A DNA stretch of 64,000 nt from an uncultured Planctomycetota bacterium (lineage in GTDB: Bacteria > Planctomycetota > Planctomycetia > Isosphaerales > Isosphaeraceae), in contig CAWGMQ010000008.1 of the NCBI GenBank assembly GCA_963823665.1, positions 1,472,001-1,536,000 of the forward strand, read 5' to 3'. The stretch's first letter is position 1. Each line of letters begins with the position of its first letter. Under the pieces are notes generated by a model. That model made no database searches and had not been told where the DNA came from. It saw nothing but the letters and a program-made list of their open reading frames with translations. The translations under genes were made by a program, and so were the position numbers. Shown one piece after another: positions 42,712-55,370 of this stretch.

Positions 42712-45700
42712 ATGAAGAAAGAAATGCTGATCAACGTGAAACAGCCCGAAGAATGCCGGATCGCCATCGTCGAAGACGGTGTTCTCGAAGAGCTTTACGT
42801 CGAGCGAACCAGCCACGAGAGCTTCACGGGCAACATCTATAAAGGACGCATCGTCAACCTCGAGCCGGCCATTCAGGCCGCGTTCGTCGATTTCTCGGTC
42901 GGCCGCAACGGCTTCCTCCACGTCTCGGACGTCGAATCTCAGTATTTCGATCGCGGCGCTCCGGCCGCCGGCGATCAGGATCCGGCGCCGCGCGATCGCG
43001 AGCGGCGCCGCGAACCACGACGCGAAGGCGACCGGGGCCGGGGCCGGGAGCCTCGACGCCGGCCACCAGCACCCGAGCCGGTGGACCCCACATTCGGGCC
43101 GCCCGATAGCGACCCACCGCCACCGCGCACGGAGGATCGTTTCCCAGACAGGCCTCGGGACCCGCAGCGAGATCGGGAGCGAAGCCGCGACCGCCCGCGC
43201 GAGCGTGAACGCCCCGATCAGTCCATCAAGGGCCGCAAGGATCGCTCCGAGCGTGGTCCGCGTCGCTTCGGCGAGGGCCTGATCTCGCAGCCCGAGCCCT
43301 GGTCGGAGCCGGAGCCCGTCCTTCCCGTCGAACCGGACGCGTCGCAGGCCGAGTCTCCGTTCGCGCAGGAGGTCTTGGAGCCCCCGGTCGAAAGACACGA
43401 GAGCGTGCTTCCGCCCTGGCCCGAAGCCCTGGAAGATCGGGCCGAGGACCGGATTGAGGAATTGCCCGCTGATGAGTCTTCTACCGGCTGGCCACCGGCG
43501 CAGCCTCGGCGAGCCGGAGCCGCCGCTCGAGGAGCTCGCAGACGCGGATTTGATCGCGCGGCAGTTGCTCGATCCATTTGAAAGGGACCTGCCCCCCAGC
43601 CGCACCCAGCGCAAGTTGCAGCCCGCCCGGCCGGACGACCCTCCCGGTGCGGAATGGGACCACTTCCGCTCCGAAGCCGCCTCGCACCGAGCTTCCCGAT
43701 GATCGCGAGTGGCCCGAGCGCAGAACCAGGGGCCTTGAGGACGAGCCACCGGGGGGCCGCAGGGGCCGCAGAGGCGCACGCCCGCGCGGCCGAGCGCCGG
43801 CTCCACCGCCTCGGTCCCAGGCTGACGATTTTCCGTTCGAGCGTCAAACGCCGCCGGCGGATGATCTCGGAGCGGCTTTCGAGCCCGATCCACGAGACCG
43901 GATTCCCGATCGCGGAGAGACTTCGCCGCTTGAGGGGCCGCCTCCGCGGGAGCACGGCGGCCGCGCTGCGATTCGCGCTCGAGGCGGCAACCTGGACCGG
44001 CCGCGAGATCCTCAAGCGCCCTCCGAACCCGCGCCCCCACGCTACGCGCGGGGCCACGCAGGCCCAGGCGGATCCGATACCGAACGCCGGCCCCACGGAG
44101 CGCCTGATCGTCACGCCGAACCAGAGCGAAGACGCCCGAGCGAACCCCCCCGCGATCGCGACCGAGACCGGGACCGAACGCCCCCGCACGCACGCGCCGG
44201 CGAGCCCGGCTACGTACCGCGTCGCGAGCGGCTGCGTTCTGCCGATTCGGCCTTCGGTTCCGACATCTTTCCTCCAGACTCGGAATGGCCCGAGCGCGCG
44301 GCGGAGGCCGATCTTCCCGGCGATACCCGATCTCGCACGGGCGACACCGCCACGGATGACGCCGACTTCGAGTCCGGCGCGGCCGCGCCCGGCCTTCCCG
44401 GCGATGCCAGGAATGATCCCCGGCGTCGGCGGCGCCGTGGACGTCGGCGTGAGCGTGATCGCGGCCGGCCGCCAGACCGCGCCACCGGCGCCTTCGGCTC
44501 CGGGCGACGATCTGGCCCCCGGCTTCGAAGATTTTCCTGCGGATGTCGACTCACCTTGGTCCTTCGACCGCGAAGAAGCTCCCGCCGCCGATGCTCTGCA
44601 CGATCTCGACGAGCTCGAGCCTGGGGCTGCACCACGGGCCAGGCGCCCGCGGCAGGGCGACGACGAATTCGGACCGCGCGAGCCCGGCCGCGAACGTCCC
44701 TCGCCGGCCGATGACGAGATCGACGCCGAGCTCGAACAGGAAATTCAGCGCGAAATCGACGAGATCGCCGAGCTCGAACGCGAGATGGGGCTCCGCGGCC
44801 CGGCTGAAGCGCGCGGTCGCCGCGAGGACGCGTCCCGCGGAGGAGGCGCTCGGTGCGCGGAAGGGGGCTCGCCAAGCCTCCGATCCAGGAAATCTTCCGT
44901 CGCGGCGACGAAGTGCTGGTCCAGGTCATCAAGGAGAGTATCGGCACCAAGGGTCCCACCCTCTCCACCTACATCAGCATCCCCGGTCGCTATCTCGTGC
45001 TCATGCCCGGCCTGAACCGCGTGGGCGTTTCACGCAAGATCGTCGATGAAGGCCAGCGCCGCAAGCTGCGCGAGATCATGAACGAGCTCAACCCCCCCAA
45101 GGGGCTGGGTTTCATCGTCAGAACCGCCGGTCTCGAACGCACCAAGCGCGAGCTCGCCCGCGATCTGGCCTACTTGCTGAGGCTCTGGAAAGTCATCCTG
45201 CGCCGGATCAAGAAGTCCAAGGCGCCGACGCCGATCTATCAAGAATCGGACATGATCATCCGCACGATCCGCGATATCTTCAATTCCGAGATCGACACCA
45301 TCTGGATCGATGAGCCTGCGGCGTTCGAGCGAGCGCATGACTTCCTCAAGGTCGTCATGCCCCGCTTCGTCAATCGCCTCAAGCTCTACGACGAGAAGGT
45401 GCCGCTCTTCCACAAGTACGGCATCGAGGATGAGATCGCCAAGATCCAGCGCCGGCACGTGCCCCTTCCCGAGGGCGGCTCGATCGTGATCGACCAGACC
45501 GAAGCCCTCGTCGCCATAGACGTCAACTCGGGCAACTTCCGTGTCGAGGACGACGCCGAGCGCACAGCTTACGAGATGAACTTGCGGGCAGCAAAGGAGA
45601 TCGCGCGGCAACTCCGCCTGCGAGACCTGGGCGGTGTCATCGTCAACGATTTCATCGACATGCGTGAGGAACGGCACTGCCGCGGAGTCGAGCGTGCCCT

Positions 45701-46145
45701 TCGAGAGGCCATCAAGCGCGACCGGGCCCGCACCAAAATCCTCCGCATGAGCGCCTTCGGCTTGATCGAGATGACGCGTCAGCGCATCCGCCCCAGTCTC
45801 AAGCGGTCGATTTACGAAGACTGCCCGCACTGTGGCGGCGCCGGCGTGGCCAAGACCGCCGAAAGTATGGCCATCGACGTCACGCGGCTGCTGGCACTCG
45901 CGAGCCACCGCGAAGAAATTCGCAAGATCGTGGTTTCGGTCCATCCCCACGTGGCCACCTACCTCGGCAACCGTAAACGCCAGCAGATCGCCAAGCTGGA
46001 ATCCGACTCCAACCTGACGATCCAAATTGGCTTCGCTGACGACGCGCCCGCCGAATACTTGAAAATCGAGTGCCATGACGCCAATGGGAACGAGATCCGA
46101 CCGTTCCCGACGTCGTCGCCAAGCCACAAACGCGCCCCACATTGA
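42712..46145 (+). CDS. rne: Rne/Rng family ribonuclease with ~1.9 kb low-complexity insert in the S1 domain (several frameshifts)
   Basis: MKKEMLIN...GNIYKGRIVNLEPAIQAAFVD...GFLHVSDV; resumes VLVQVIKE..GTKGP, IDVNSG, RLRDLGGVIVNDFIDM, CPHC. Confidence 0.92.
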
Positions 46146-46268
46146 CGTTACCGATCTGGGCCACCCCCTCCCGCGCGCATTACCCTTTGTGGACCGTGCG
46201 CCGCGGGCGGGCGCGGCTCGCCTCACTCGATCATCAAACACCCGGTCGAACTCCGGGCGGATCGCGCC

Positions 46269-47278
<1,010 letters not shown>

Positions 47279-47300
47279 TCCGGATCAGAGAGGCGGCGAC

Positions 47301-48215
47301 GTGGCCAAACCGTTTGATGCTGTTACGAAAGAGCTCCTCGAGAAGAACCCACGCGCCTGGCTGGAGCTGCTCCTTGGACGCGAGCTCGGCGGCGTCCAGG
47401 TGGTGGATGCGGACCTGTCCACGATCACGACCGAGGCAGACAAGATTCTGCTAGTCGAACAGCCGCAACCGTGGATAGTCCATGTGGAATTTCAAACCTC
47501 GTACGACGCGCAACTGCCGCTTCGAGTCCAACGATATAACATCCTCGCGCGATACCGGCACGGTCTTCCCGTGCAAAGTGTCGTTGTGCTCCTTCGTGAG
47601 AGCGCCGACGGCAGCAGCCTCACTGGCCTGCTGGAGGATCGGCTACCGGACGGGTTTCTTTATCACCAGTTTCGGTACAATATCGTCAAGGTGTGGGAGC
47701 TTCCGATCGAAGACATTCTGGCCGGCGACCTGGCGACCTTGCCGCTGGCGCCTGTAAGCCAATTCCCCGTCGTCGAACTGTCTCGCATCATTCACCGAAT
47801 TGATGAAAGAATCGAGCGGGAAGCCAGCGCCGAAGAGAAGCCAGACCTCTGGACAGCTACGTTTCTTCTCATGGGTCTGATTTACCCCGAGAATCTCGCC
47901 ATTACCCTTCTGCACGGGAAAACTTACATGAGAGAATCTACGACGTACCAATTCATCCTTCGTGAAGGCGAAGCCAAGGGCAAAGCCGAAGGAAAAGCCG
48001 AAGGAAAAGCCGAAGGAAAAGCCGAAGGAAAAGCCGAAGGAAAAACAGAGGAAGCCAAAAACCTCCTTCTCCGTTTGGGCCGCAAAAACCTCGGATCGCC
48101 ACCGGCGGACGTCGAGGTCAAGATCCAGTCGATGGCGGACGTCGACAAGCTCGAGCAATTGGCTGAGCGGCTATACGATGTCGCGAGCTGGGATGAACTT
48201 CTCAACGAACCCTGA
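47301..48215 (+). CDS. Rpn family (PD-(D/E)xK, YhgA-like) protein
   Basis: KPFDAVTKEL, TTEADKILLV, HVEFQT, LPLAP, MRESTTYQFILREG(KAEG)n, DUF4351-like tail. Confidence 0.88.
   Translation: MAKPFDAVTKELLEKNPRAWLELLLGRELGGVQVVDADLSTITTEADKILLVEQPQPWIVHVEFQTSYDAQLPLRVQRYNILARYRHGLPVQSVVVLLRESADGSSLTGLLEDRLPDGFLYHQFRYNIVKVWELPIEDILAGDLATLPLAPVSQFPVVELSRIIHRIDERIEREASAEEKPDLWTATFLLMGLIYPENLAITLLHGKTYMRESTTYQFILREGEAKGKAEGKAEGKAEGKAEGKAEGKTEEAKNLLLRLGRKNLGSPPADVEVKIQSMADVDKLEQLAERLYDVASWDELLNEP
47985..48044 (+). repeat. 12-bp tandem repeat x5 (gccgaaggaaaa, AEGK)
   Basis: Direct reading of the sequence. Confidence 0.95.
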
Positions 48216-49591
48216 TGAGATCCTGCGTCGCGAGTCTTCCACAATGGACTTGGCACCCACAACAATGGACTCACCCACTCCCGCCCGATCCCGCCCCGAG
48301 CTTCCGGCTTTCGCAAAGCCATGAAGCATTCACCCGGGCCAACCGCGTGATCCCCGGCGGCGTCAACAGCCCTGCGCGGGCGTTCGGTGCCGTCGGCGGC
48401 GAACCGCCATTCATCGCCCGCGCCGCCGGTGCCAGGCTCTACGACATCGACGGTAATTCCTATATCGATTACGTCGGATCATGGGGCCCCATGATCCTGG
48501 GCCACGCTCACCCGGCCGTGCGAGCGGCGGTAGCCGGCGCGCTCGAGCTCGGCTCGAGCTTCGGCGCGCCGACGGTCCGGGAAGTCGAGATCGCCGAGCT
48601 GGTCGCCGGTGCGTTTCCATCGATCGAAAAGGTGCGGTTTGTCTCATCCGGCACCGAGGCATCCATGTCGGCCGTCCGTCTGGCACGTGGCGCCACCGGC
48701 AGGTCGAAGATCATCAAGATGACGGGACACTACCACGGCCACGTCGACGCGCTTCTGGTGCAGGCAGGTTCCGCTGCCACGACCCTCGGCACTCCCAACA
48801 GCCCCGGCGTGACCCCGGGATCGGTTCAAGATACGATCCTCTGCCCGTTCAACGACGTGGCAGCCGTCGCCGAAGCGCTGGCGCGCTTTCCCGGAGAGGT
48901 TGCCGCGGTCATCCTCGAGCCGATTGCCGGCAACATGGGCTTGGTCCCGCCCCGGCCACAATACCTCGAAGCGCTTCGCGAGCTTACAGCCAGGGACGGC
49001 TGCTTGCTGGTCTTCGACGAGGTGATGACCGGTTTCCGGGTCGCCTACGGCGGCGCTCAGGAGCTCTTCGGGATCAAACCTGATCTGACGGTCCTCGGAA
49101 AAATCGTTGGCGGCGGCTTACCGGCGGCGGCCTACGGAGCCTCGGCCGCGCTCATGGATCATGTTTCGCCCGCCGGCGCGATTTACCAGGCGGGCACCTT
49201 GTCGGGCAATCCGCTCGCCATGGCAGCGGGGATCGCCACCCTTCGCTCGTTGCGCGACGATCCTCCTTACGAGCGACTCGAGACGCTCGCGGCGCGACTG
49301 GCCGAAGGCCTCGACCGCGCCGCCGCCGATGCCGGAGTTCCGCACGTCGTACAGCGAGCAGGAAGCATGCTCACCCTCTTCTTCCACGACGGGCTGGTCC
49401 ACGATTACAACGACGCACTCCAGAGCGATACTCGCCTCTTCGCGCGGTTCTTCTGGGAGATGCTCGCCCGCGGCGTTTATCTGCCCTGCAGCCAGTTCGA
49501 GGCGGCTTTCGTCTCGGCCGCACACACCACCGACGAGATCGATCAGACAATCGAGGCCGCGCGCGAGGCCCTTCGGCTGTCCCGAGCTTGA
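48215..49591 (+). CDS. hemL: Glutamate-1-semialdehyde 2,1-aminomutase (start uncertain)
   Basis: IPGGVNSPARAF, YIDYVGSWGPMILGH, DEVMTGFR, GKIVGGGLP, YQAGTLSGNP, SQFEA. Confidence 0.96.
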   Translation: MRSCVASLPQWTWHPQQWTHPLPPDPAPSFRLSQSHEAFTRANRVIPGGVNSPARAFGAVGGEPPFIARAAGARLYDIDGNSYIDYVGSWGPMILGHAHPAVRAAVAGALELGSSFGAPTVREVEIAELVAGAFPSIEKVRFVSSGTEASMSAVRLARGATGRSKIIKMTGHYHGHVDALLVQAGSAATTLGTPNSPGVTPGSVQDTILCPFNDVAAVAEALARFPGEVAAVILEPIAGNMGLVPPRPQYLEALRELTARDGCLLVFDEVMTGFRVAYGGAQELFGIKPDLTVLGKIVGGGLPAAAYGASAALMDHVSPAGAIYQAGTLSGNPLAMAAGIATLRSLRDDPPYERLETLAARLAEGLDRAAADAGVPHVVQRAGSMLTLFFHDGLVHDYNDALQSDTRLFARFFWEMLARGVYLPCSQFEAAFVSAAHTTDEIDQTIEAAREALRLSRA

Positions 49592-49640
49592 AAACGACAA
49601 ATAGTGCCGGCCAGTCCCCGCCCGGCTCTTGGCGTGCCGC

Positions 49641-51249
49641 CTATCGATCGCCGGCGGCGTCGGGTGGCTCCAATCCGTCGAGCAAAGCCCTGAGCCGCGC
49701 GACGGCACGGCGCGGGCTCTTCGAGCGCAGCACGGCTCCGCTGACGGCAACCCGCGAGGCACCCGCTTCCAGAACGCGGTCCACATTCTCTTCGGTTATT
49801 CCGCCGATTGCGAACCAGGGAAGCGAAGTCGTCTCGGCTGCAAGTCGTACGTAACCGAGCCCTGCGAGCTCGGGTTCCGAGAATTCCTTGGTGGCGCTCG
49901 GGAAAACGGGCCCAACCCCCAGGTAGCTCGCGCCTGCCAAGATCGCGGCCTCGAGCTGTGATCGCTCGTGGGTCGAGACGCCGATCAAGGCGGCCGGTCC
50001 CAGGACTCGCCGGGCATCCCGAGGCGTGAGATCCTCCTGGCCAACGTGCACGCCATCGCAGCTTGCAAGCCGGGCGAGGTCAACCCGGTCGTTCATCACC
50101 AACGGCACGCGCGCCTGGGCTGTCAGGATGCGAATCTCCCGTGCGCGGCGAAGCAGCTCGCGGTCTGAAACACCCTTTTCCCGGTACTGGATCACCTGGG
50201 CGCCGCCGGCAATCGCTTCATCCACCATCCAGGTCAGATCACCGATCGTCGGCAGCCCGCCCAAGAGTACCATCAGCCTGGCGCTTCCCAGCCCGCGGTG
50301 GGAGGCAACCGCAGTCATTGTCAGTTTTTCAAGTGTGTAGACGTCGTAGCGCAGCACCTCGAATCGGCCGGCCAGCCAGATATCAATGAGCTTTGAGTAT
50401 TCTTCAAGAGACCTGAGTGCCTCGCCGATCCGCTTGAAGTTCGCCGCCAGCACCGCACGTGGGTTTTCTCGGATCTGCTCGGACGGCGTCATGATGTGGG
50501 TGCCCACGTCCTCGCGAGTGTCACGGGCACCGAGAAGCAGATGAGCGTCAAGACCCCGCTCGGCTTCGGCGAGGCGATGGCGCACTTCCTTGAATCGCTT
50601 GGTGAGACCCGGGATCATCGAGCACGAAGCGCACATAATCTTCCGCGACCCGCAGCCCTTCCCGCGCGCGATTGGCTGAAGCGTCGAGAATCCGCGCCAA
50701 ATCGGTGCCCCCGCCCGGCTCGCCCAGGTCTGGCGGTGTCATTCCTTCCGCGAGCGCCAGTGGTGACGTATCCGTGATCGTGGCTTCCATCATTCGCTCG
50801 CGCAACAACTGGGGCTCGAGCCCTGCGGCCTTGAGCAGCTCGGCAGGTCGCCCGGCCGTTGTGAGCAGCGCCGCCAGAAGGTGCTCCGTGCCAACTTCTC
50901 GTTTGCGGTCGAAGCCGCGAGCATGCGTCGTTGCTTCGCCCAAGACGATTCGCAAGCCGGACGAGTACGGCAGCTCCGGGCGGACTGACTCGTAGGAATA
51001 CTCTTCTTGATCGAGGTCGCCGGCTTCGAACTCCGCCAGCAGGTCGGGCAGATCCGGGTCGAGCTCCGCCCATAGCCGCTCTCGCTCGACGCCGAACTCC
51101 GTCAAGAGCTCCGCAGCGCGGCTCTCCGCCTCCGCGGCCAGTGCGGCCAGCAGATCGATGGGCTCGATCGCGGTCGAGCCTCGCCTTCGCGCCAGCCGAT
51201 CGGCCCGGATCAAGGTGCGTTCCGCACCGGCCGTGTACGACTCGAACAT
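49641..51249 (-). CDS. thiE: Thiamine-phosphate synthase with N-terminal Clp-N repeats and ThiD2-like domain (frameshift near 50610)
   Basis: MFESYT..A...IEPIDLLAAL, VGTEHLLAAL; RILDASANRAREGLRV; QYREK, NDRVD, GVHVGQED, GVSTH, GPVFPSATK, FAIGGI. Confidence 0.9.
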
Positions 51250-51430
51250 CTCGCTCCTCGTCTCTTGAATTTCCGCGGGCTGCACCACATGATGAACCGT
51301 TGTGCCCGGCGAGCTCTCGCCTGAACCGGGATCGCACCCGCCCCCGCGCGGTGGAATCAACTTCCGTCGCCACCAGGCGAGCCTGGCCATTTATCCTCCC
51401 TGTAGAGCCTCACGCACAAGGACTCGCAAC

Positions 51431-52045
51431 GTGTTCAACCGGCTGTGCCTTTCCGCTTCGCTTGCTGTACTCTCGGCTCTGTTCCTGCTGTCTCTGCCCG
51501 CAGTCGTTTCGGCCGCCGACGGCGCCAAGAAGCCCGACGACGCCAAGAAGAAGACCAGCGTACTCGATTTTCATGTCAAAGACATCGACGGGAAAGATGT
51601 CGATCTCGCCAAGTACAAGGGTAAGGTCCTGCTGGTCGTGAACACGGCCAGCAAGTGCGGACTTACTCCACAATACAAGGACCTCGAGGCCCTTTACGAG
51701 AAGCACAAGGACAAAGGACTCGAGATCCTGGCTTTTCCGGCCAACGAATTCAACAAGCAGGAGCCCGGCTCGAACGAAGACATCAAGGAGTTTTGCTCGT
51801 CCAAATACAATGTCACCTTCCCGCTCTTCTCCAAGATCGTCGTCAAAGGCGAAGGGATCGACCCGCTCTACGACTACTTGACGAGCAAAGAGACGAACCC
51901 CAAGTTCGCGGGTGAAATCAAGTGGAACTTCAACAAGTTCCTGGTCAACAAAAAAGGCGAGGTGATCGCTCGATTCGAGCCCAAGGTGAAACCATCAGAG
52001 AAAGAAGTCGAGACCGCGATCGAAGATGCCTTGGCCGAAAAGTGA
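51431..52045 (+). CDS. Glutathione peroxidase family protein with signal peptide
   Basis: VNTASKCGLTPQY, FPANEF..QEPG, WNFNKFLV. Confidence 0.95.
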   Translation: MFNRLCLSASLAVLSALFLLSLPAVVSAADGAKKPDDAKKKTSVLDFHVKDIDGKDVDLAKYKGKVLLVVNTASKCGLTPQYKDLEALYEKHKDKGLEILAFPANEFNKQEPGSNEDIKEFCSSKYNVTFPLFSKIVVKGEGIDPLYDYLTSKETNPKFAGEIKWNFNKFLVNKKGEVIARFEPKVKPSEKEVETAIEDALAEK

Positions 52046-52129
52046 ATGAATAACGCCAGATTGTCGACACGCACACGGTCCAGCCAGTTTGATCGTCGAC
52101 TGTCGCTCCGCACGACGGTGTCTCCTCCG

Positions 52130-52155
52130 CGCTCCCACGCTTCCGCGTGGGAGCG
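52130..52155. repeat. REP-like perfect palindrome
   Basis: cgctcccacgc-ttcc-gcgtgggagcg, 11-bp stem. Confidence 0.75.
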
Positions 52156-52375
52156 TCGGCGGTTGCGTGTGCTTGAAAGTCGATCCATGGCCCGGGGAGC
52201 CGCGCCGGGATCTCGGCCGGCTTCGCATGGAAGTCGGGGCTTGCCGCGGGGGCCTTTTCTGGCCGAAGTCGTGGCGTCTTGAGTGAAACAGATTGGGAGC
52301 TCCGCCTTCCGACTGCATCACCTCATTGTCGCCCTTCGCTTCGCCAAGGGTCATTTTGTCGCGCTCGTGGACCTC

Positions 52376-52401
52376 GGGAATGCGAAGCTCCTGCTGAGCC
52401 G
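52376..52401. repeat. REP-like element
   Basis: gggaatgcgaagctcctgctgagccg resembles a planctomycete intergenic repeat recalled from memory (gggagggcgaggctcctgccgagcc). Confidence 0.45.
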
Positions 52402-52961
52402 TGTTTGTCGGAGGAGACTGCGCCTCCCGACACCGGGTTCTAGCGGCATGGCCGGTCACTGTTTTTTCGTACAGTCCACCGAATTGTCATCACCTGGGGA
52501 AGTTTCAGATCCATTCCCACGAGTCGCTTGACCTGCCCCGCACAAGTCCAAACCCGACGTGGATGTGCGTTCCTGTCTCACCGGGCTGGGATTACGGTGT
52601 GATCGTCCTACGGTCACATTACGCTCGCTTGATCGCCGCAAATGGAATCGTCCCCGTGACCGCAGACCATTGGATGAACACTCCTGAGACATTTGACAGG
52701 TATTTCATGCTTGGGTTGCCCGGCGAAAGGATTGACCCACTGGAAAACGGAGTTTACACCGCCCGACCCGCCATGTTCTCGATCTCGCGGTTAGACCAGA
52801 AAACTCAGTCATTCGGGTACCAGACCGACCCGACGGCGACCACCTCGATGTAGTGGATGTCGTAAAAAGAGTGCACCAGGGTGCAGACGGTTTTCGCGTC
52901 ATCCCGCCAGAGCAGGGAAATAACGGAGCTGTATCAAACTAGACTCATTCGCCGCCAAGCC

Positions 52962-55184
52962 TCATCCCTTCGCGCTCGCACCACCACTTTCATCCTTGGC
53001 TTCCAGGGGAATCTTGGGCTCATCGTAGAGCCGCAGGTAGCGATAGTAGACCTCGAGCGTGAGTGCAGCGAGGGCCGTGCAGTAGATCCGCCCGCCCTTC
53101 GATCCGTACAAGCTCGAGTCAGGCTCCCAGCTTCCGGTCTGGTGGCCCCGGCTGGTTTGCAGTCCGACGATCTTGTCGCGCAGGCGGCTGTTCCACCGCG
53201 TCCACGGCTCGCCCCCGTGCTGATAGAGAGCCAGCGTGGCGTAATACCAGTAGTAGATGTTCGTCGCACCTCGATCCGACTCGTGCTCCAGCAGGAAAGC
53301 GGCTGCTTCGCTGCTGGCTTCACCCGGTCCGCCAACTCCCAGGAACTGGCGGCAAACCCACGCTTCAGCCGTCATCGTGGGCGTTTCCTTCTCGGAGGGC
53401 TGATACCGTGCGAGGCCTTTGGCTTCCCCGGTCGCAACCTTGTCGAGCCAATCCAGCGTGCCCTGGCGCACCGATGTCTCCTCGGGGATCGGAATGCCGA
53501 TTTCTCTGGCCGATTTGAGACCCATCACCACCCACCCCAGAATGCTCGTATCGCCAACCGGTGCGCCGGGAGCGTAGCGCCACGCCATGCGGTCGGCTGC
53601 CCGGCGCTGACCATGAACGCAACCGCGCGCGCCGCCGGATCGCGCAGCCGGGCATCCCCCGAAAGGGCGTATGCCTCACAGAGCGCCAGCGTCGCCATCG
53701 CGTGACAATACATCCCCACAACCCGGCTGCGGCCCCGCAGATCGCCGTCGCGCTTCTGCTCGCTGAGCAGGAAGTCGAGCCCTCTGGACACGTTGTCCGC
53801 GTATCGCCCTTGCACGTGCGTGTAGCCGGCCCCGAGGTACGTGAGCAGGGCTAATCCCGTGAGCGCGGTATCGGCCTCCCAGTAGGCGCATTCCCCAAAA
53901 CAGGTTTCTCCGGGCGGACAGTGCACGGTGAAGTCGTCGTCGCCCGCAAGCGGTGAGCCATCGGCATACCGCGCCGTCCCCGCATCCCAGCGGCCGTCCT
54001 TGTCCTGGTGCCGTGACAACCAATCGATGGCCCGCTCGACGGCCAGCTCGCTCGCCGCGTTTGCTCCAGTCCGCTGCGCCTGGGCGAACCGGTCCGGATC
54101 GAGCCTTGGCTGGTAGATCCGCGGAATCTCGATCGATGGCTGCCGGCGCGCGCTCGCCGAGATCCGCAAGCCCGGCCCCGCCGCTCGAGAGTTCGCGGAG
54201 CGTCGGCGTCGCACGAACGCTCGGGATCGAATCGGCTCTTCCGGCAGCGACGTCCAGACCGGGCTGACCGGCGGAAGATGCAGCGTCTCCGATTCCCGCC
54301 GAGCCCTTCGTGACCGGTTGACCGCCGCTCGTTCGGGGCTCTCTCTGTCGTCCGGCACCCCCGGCCGCCGTCGAATCCGGCGAACCGCCAGTCCTCGCGC
54401 TGCCAGGCTCCGGTCGATTCGGTCGCAAGCGACGATCGAATCGCAGCGCCAGCGATCGGTCGCGCGTGTGGATGACCCGAGTCCTTCGTCAGGAGACCGC
54501 GCATCCGTTGCCTGTGCCGGCCGTCTTCGTCTCGTCGGGTGTTCTGTCGAGCTCCAGTGCCTCCTGAGGAAGCGGATCCGCGGCCGCCGGCGGGTCTGCG
54601 CTCGATTTGGTTTGAGCCAGTGCACGCGGCTCCGGGGCGCGCAGCTCGGTTGCCAGAGGCGAACTCTTCGGTACGGCGGATGCCACGGCGGCCGGGGTTT
54701 TCTCGACCAGATCAGGTTTGAGCAAGCTCGCCATCGCTTCCGCTGCGGCCGGGCGCCCGACTTGAAGATGCGGGTCCGCAAGGTGCAGTGGCAGATCGAC
54801 CAGGTCCAGACGCGCTCCTCGCGCGCTCGTCGGGCCGTCGTCCTTGCGCTTCGTCGTCAGGCTGGAGCCGAGCGATTGCCCGGCGCGATAGGCCGCCGGA
54901 TCGGCCAGCATCGCCACCCGGATCTCGCGGATGTGTGGCCGGTCCGTCCGGTCGCGGCGGTTCGGACTGAGGGCCGAGCGCAGTCCGGGAACGGTGCTGC
55001 CAAAGATCAAGAGCGCCAGATGTGCCGCCAGCGAGACGACCAGGCAGTTTCGCAGCGCACGTCGCGAGCGCCAGCTCGACCAGACCAGAAAGGCCAGAGC
55101 CAGGATCGCAAGCCCCAGCATCAGCCAGACGCCGAGATCGGCACGCAGGAGCAATAAGAACGACTCTAAATCCAGTCCGGTCAT
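52962..55184 (-). CDS. Prenyltransferase/squalene-oxidase repeat protein with N-terminal TM and long linker (multiple frameshifts)
   Basis: AVERAIDWLSRHQDKDGRW, TGLALLTYLGAG, MYCHAMATLALCEAY, WRY...GDTS, YYWYYAT, GGRIYCTAL..LEVYYRYL. Confidence 0.88.
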
Positions 55185-55370
55185 CGGGAATTGTCTCGGA
55201 TTGACGGACGGGTTCTTCTTTCGATCCGGTCATGTGGCCGGCTCGAGCGCGCTGGCGCTGGCAGACTGCCGGCGAACGCCTCACCATGATAGCCAAGAGT
55301 AAGCTCTGGTGCAGTGCCTCCGAGCCGTTTGACCGGGCCCGAGCTCCCGAGGGGCGATTGTGGAGTTTCG

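Noticed and set aside
47301..48215. Insertion sequence (Rpn proteins are often labelled putative transposases)
   Set aside because: No terminal inverted repeats, target-site duplication or DDE motif seen
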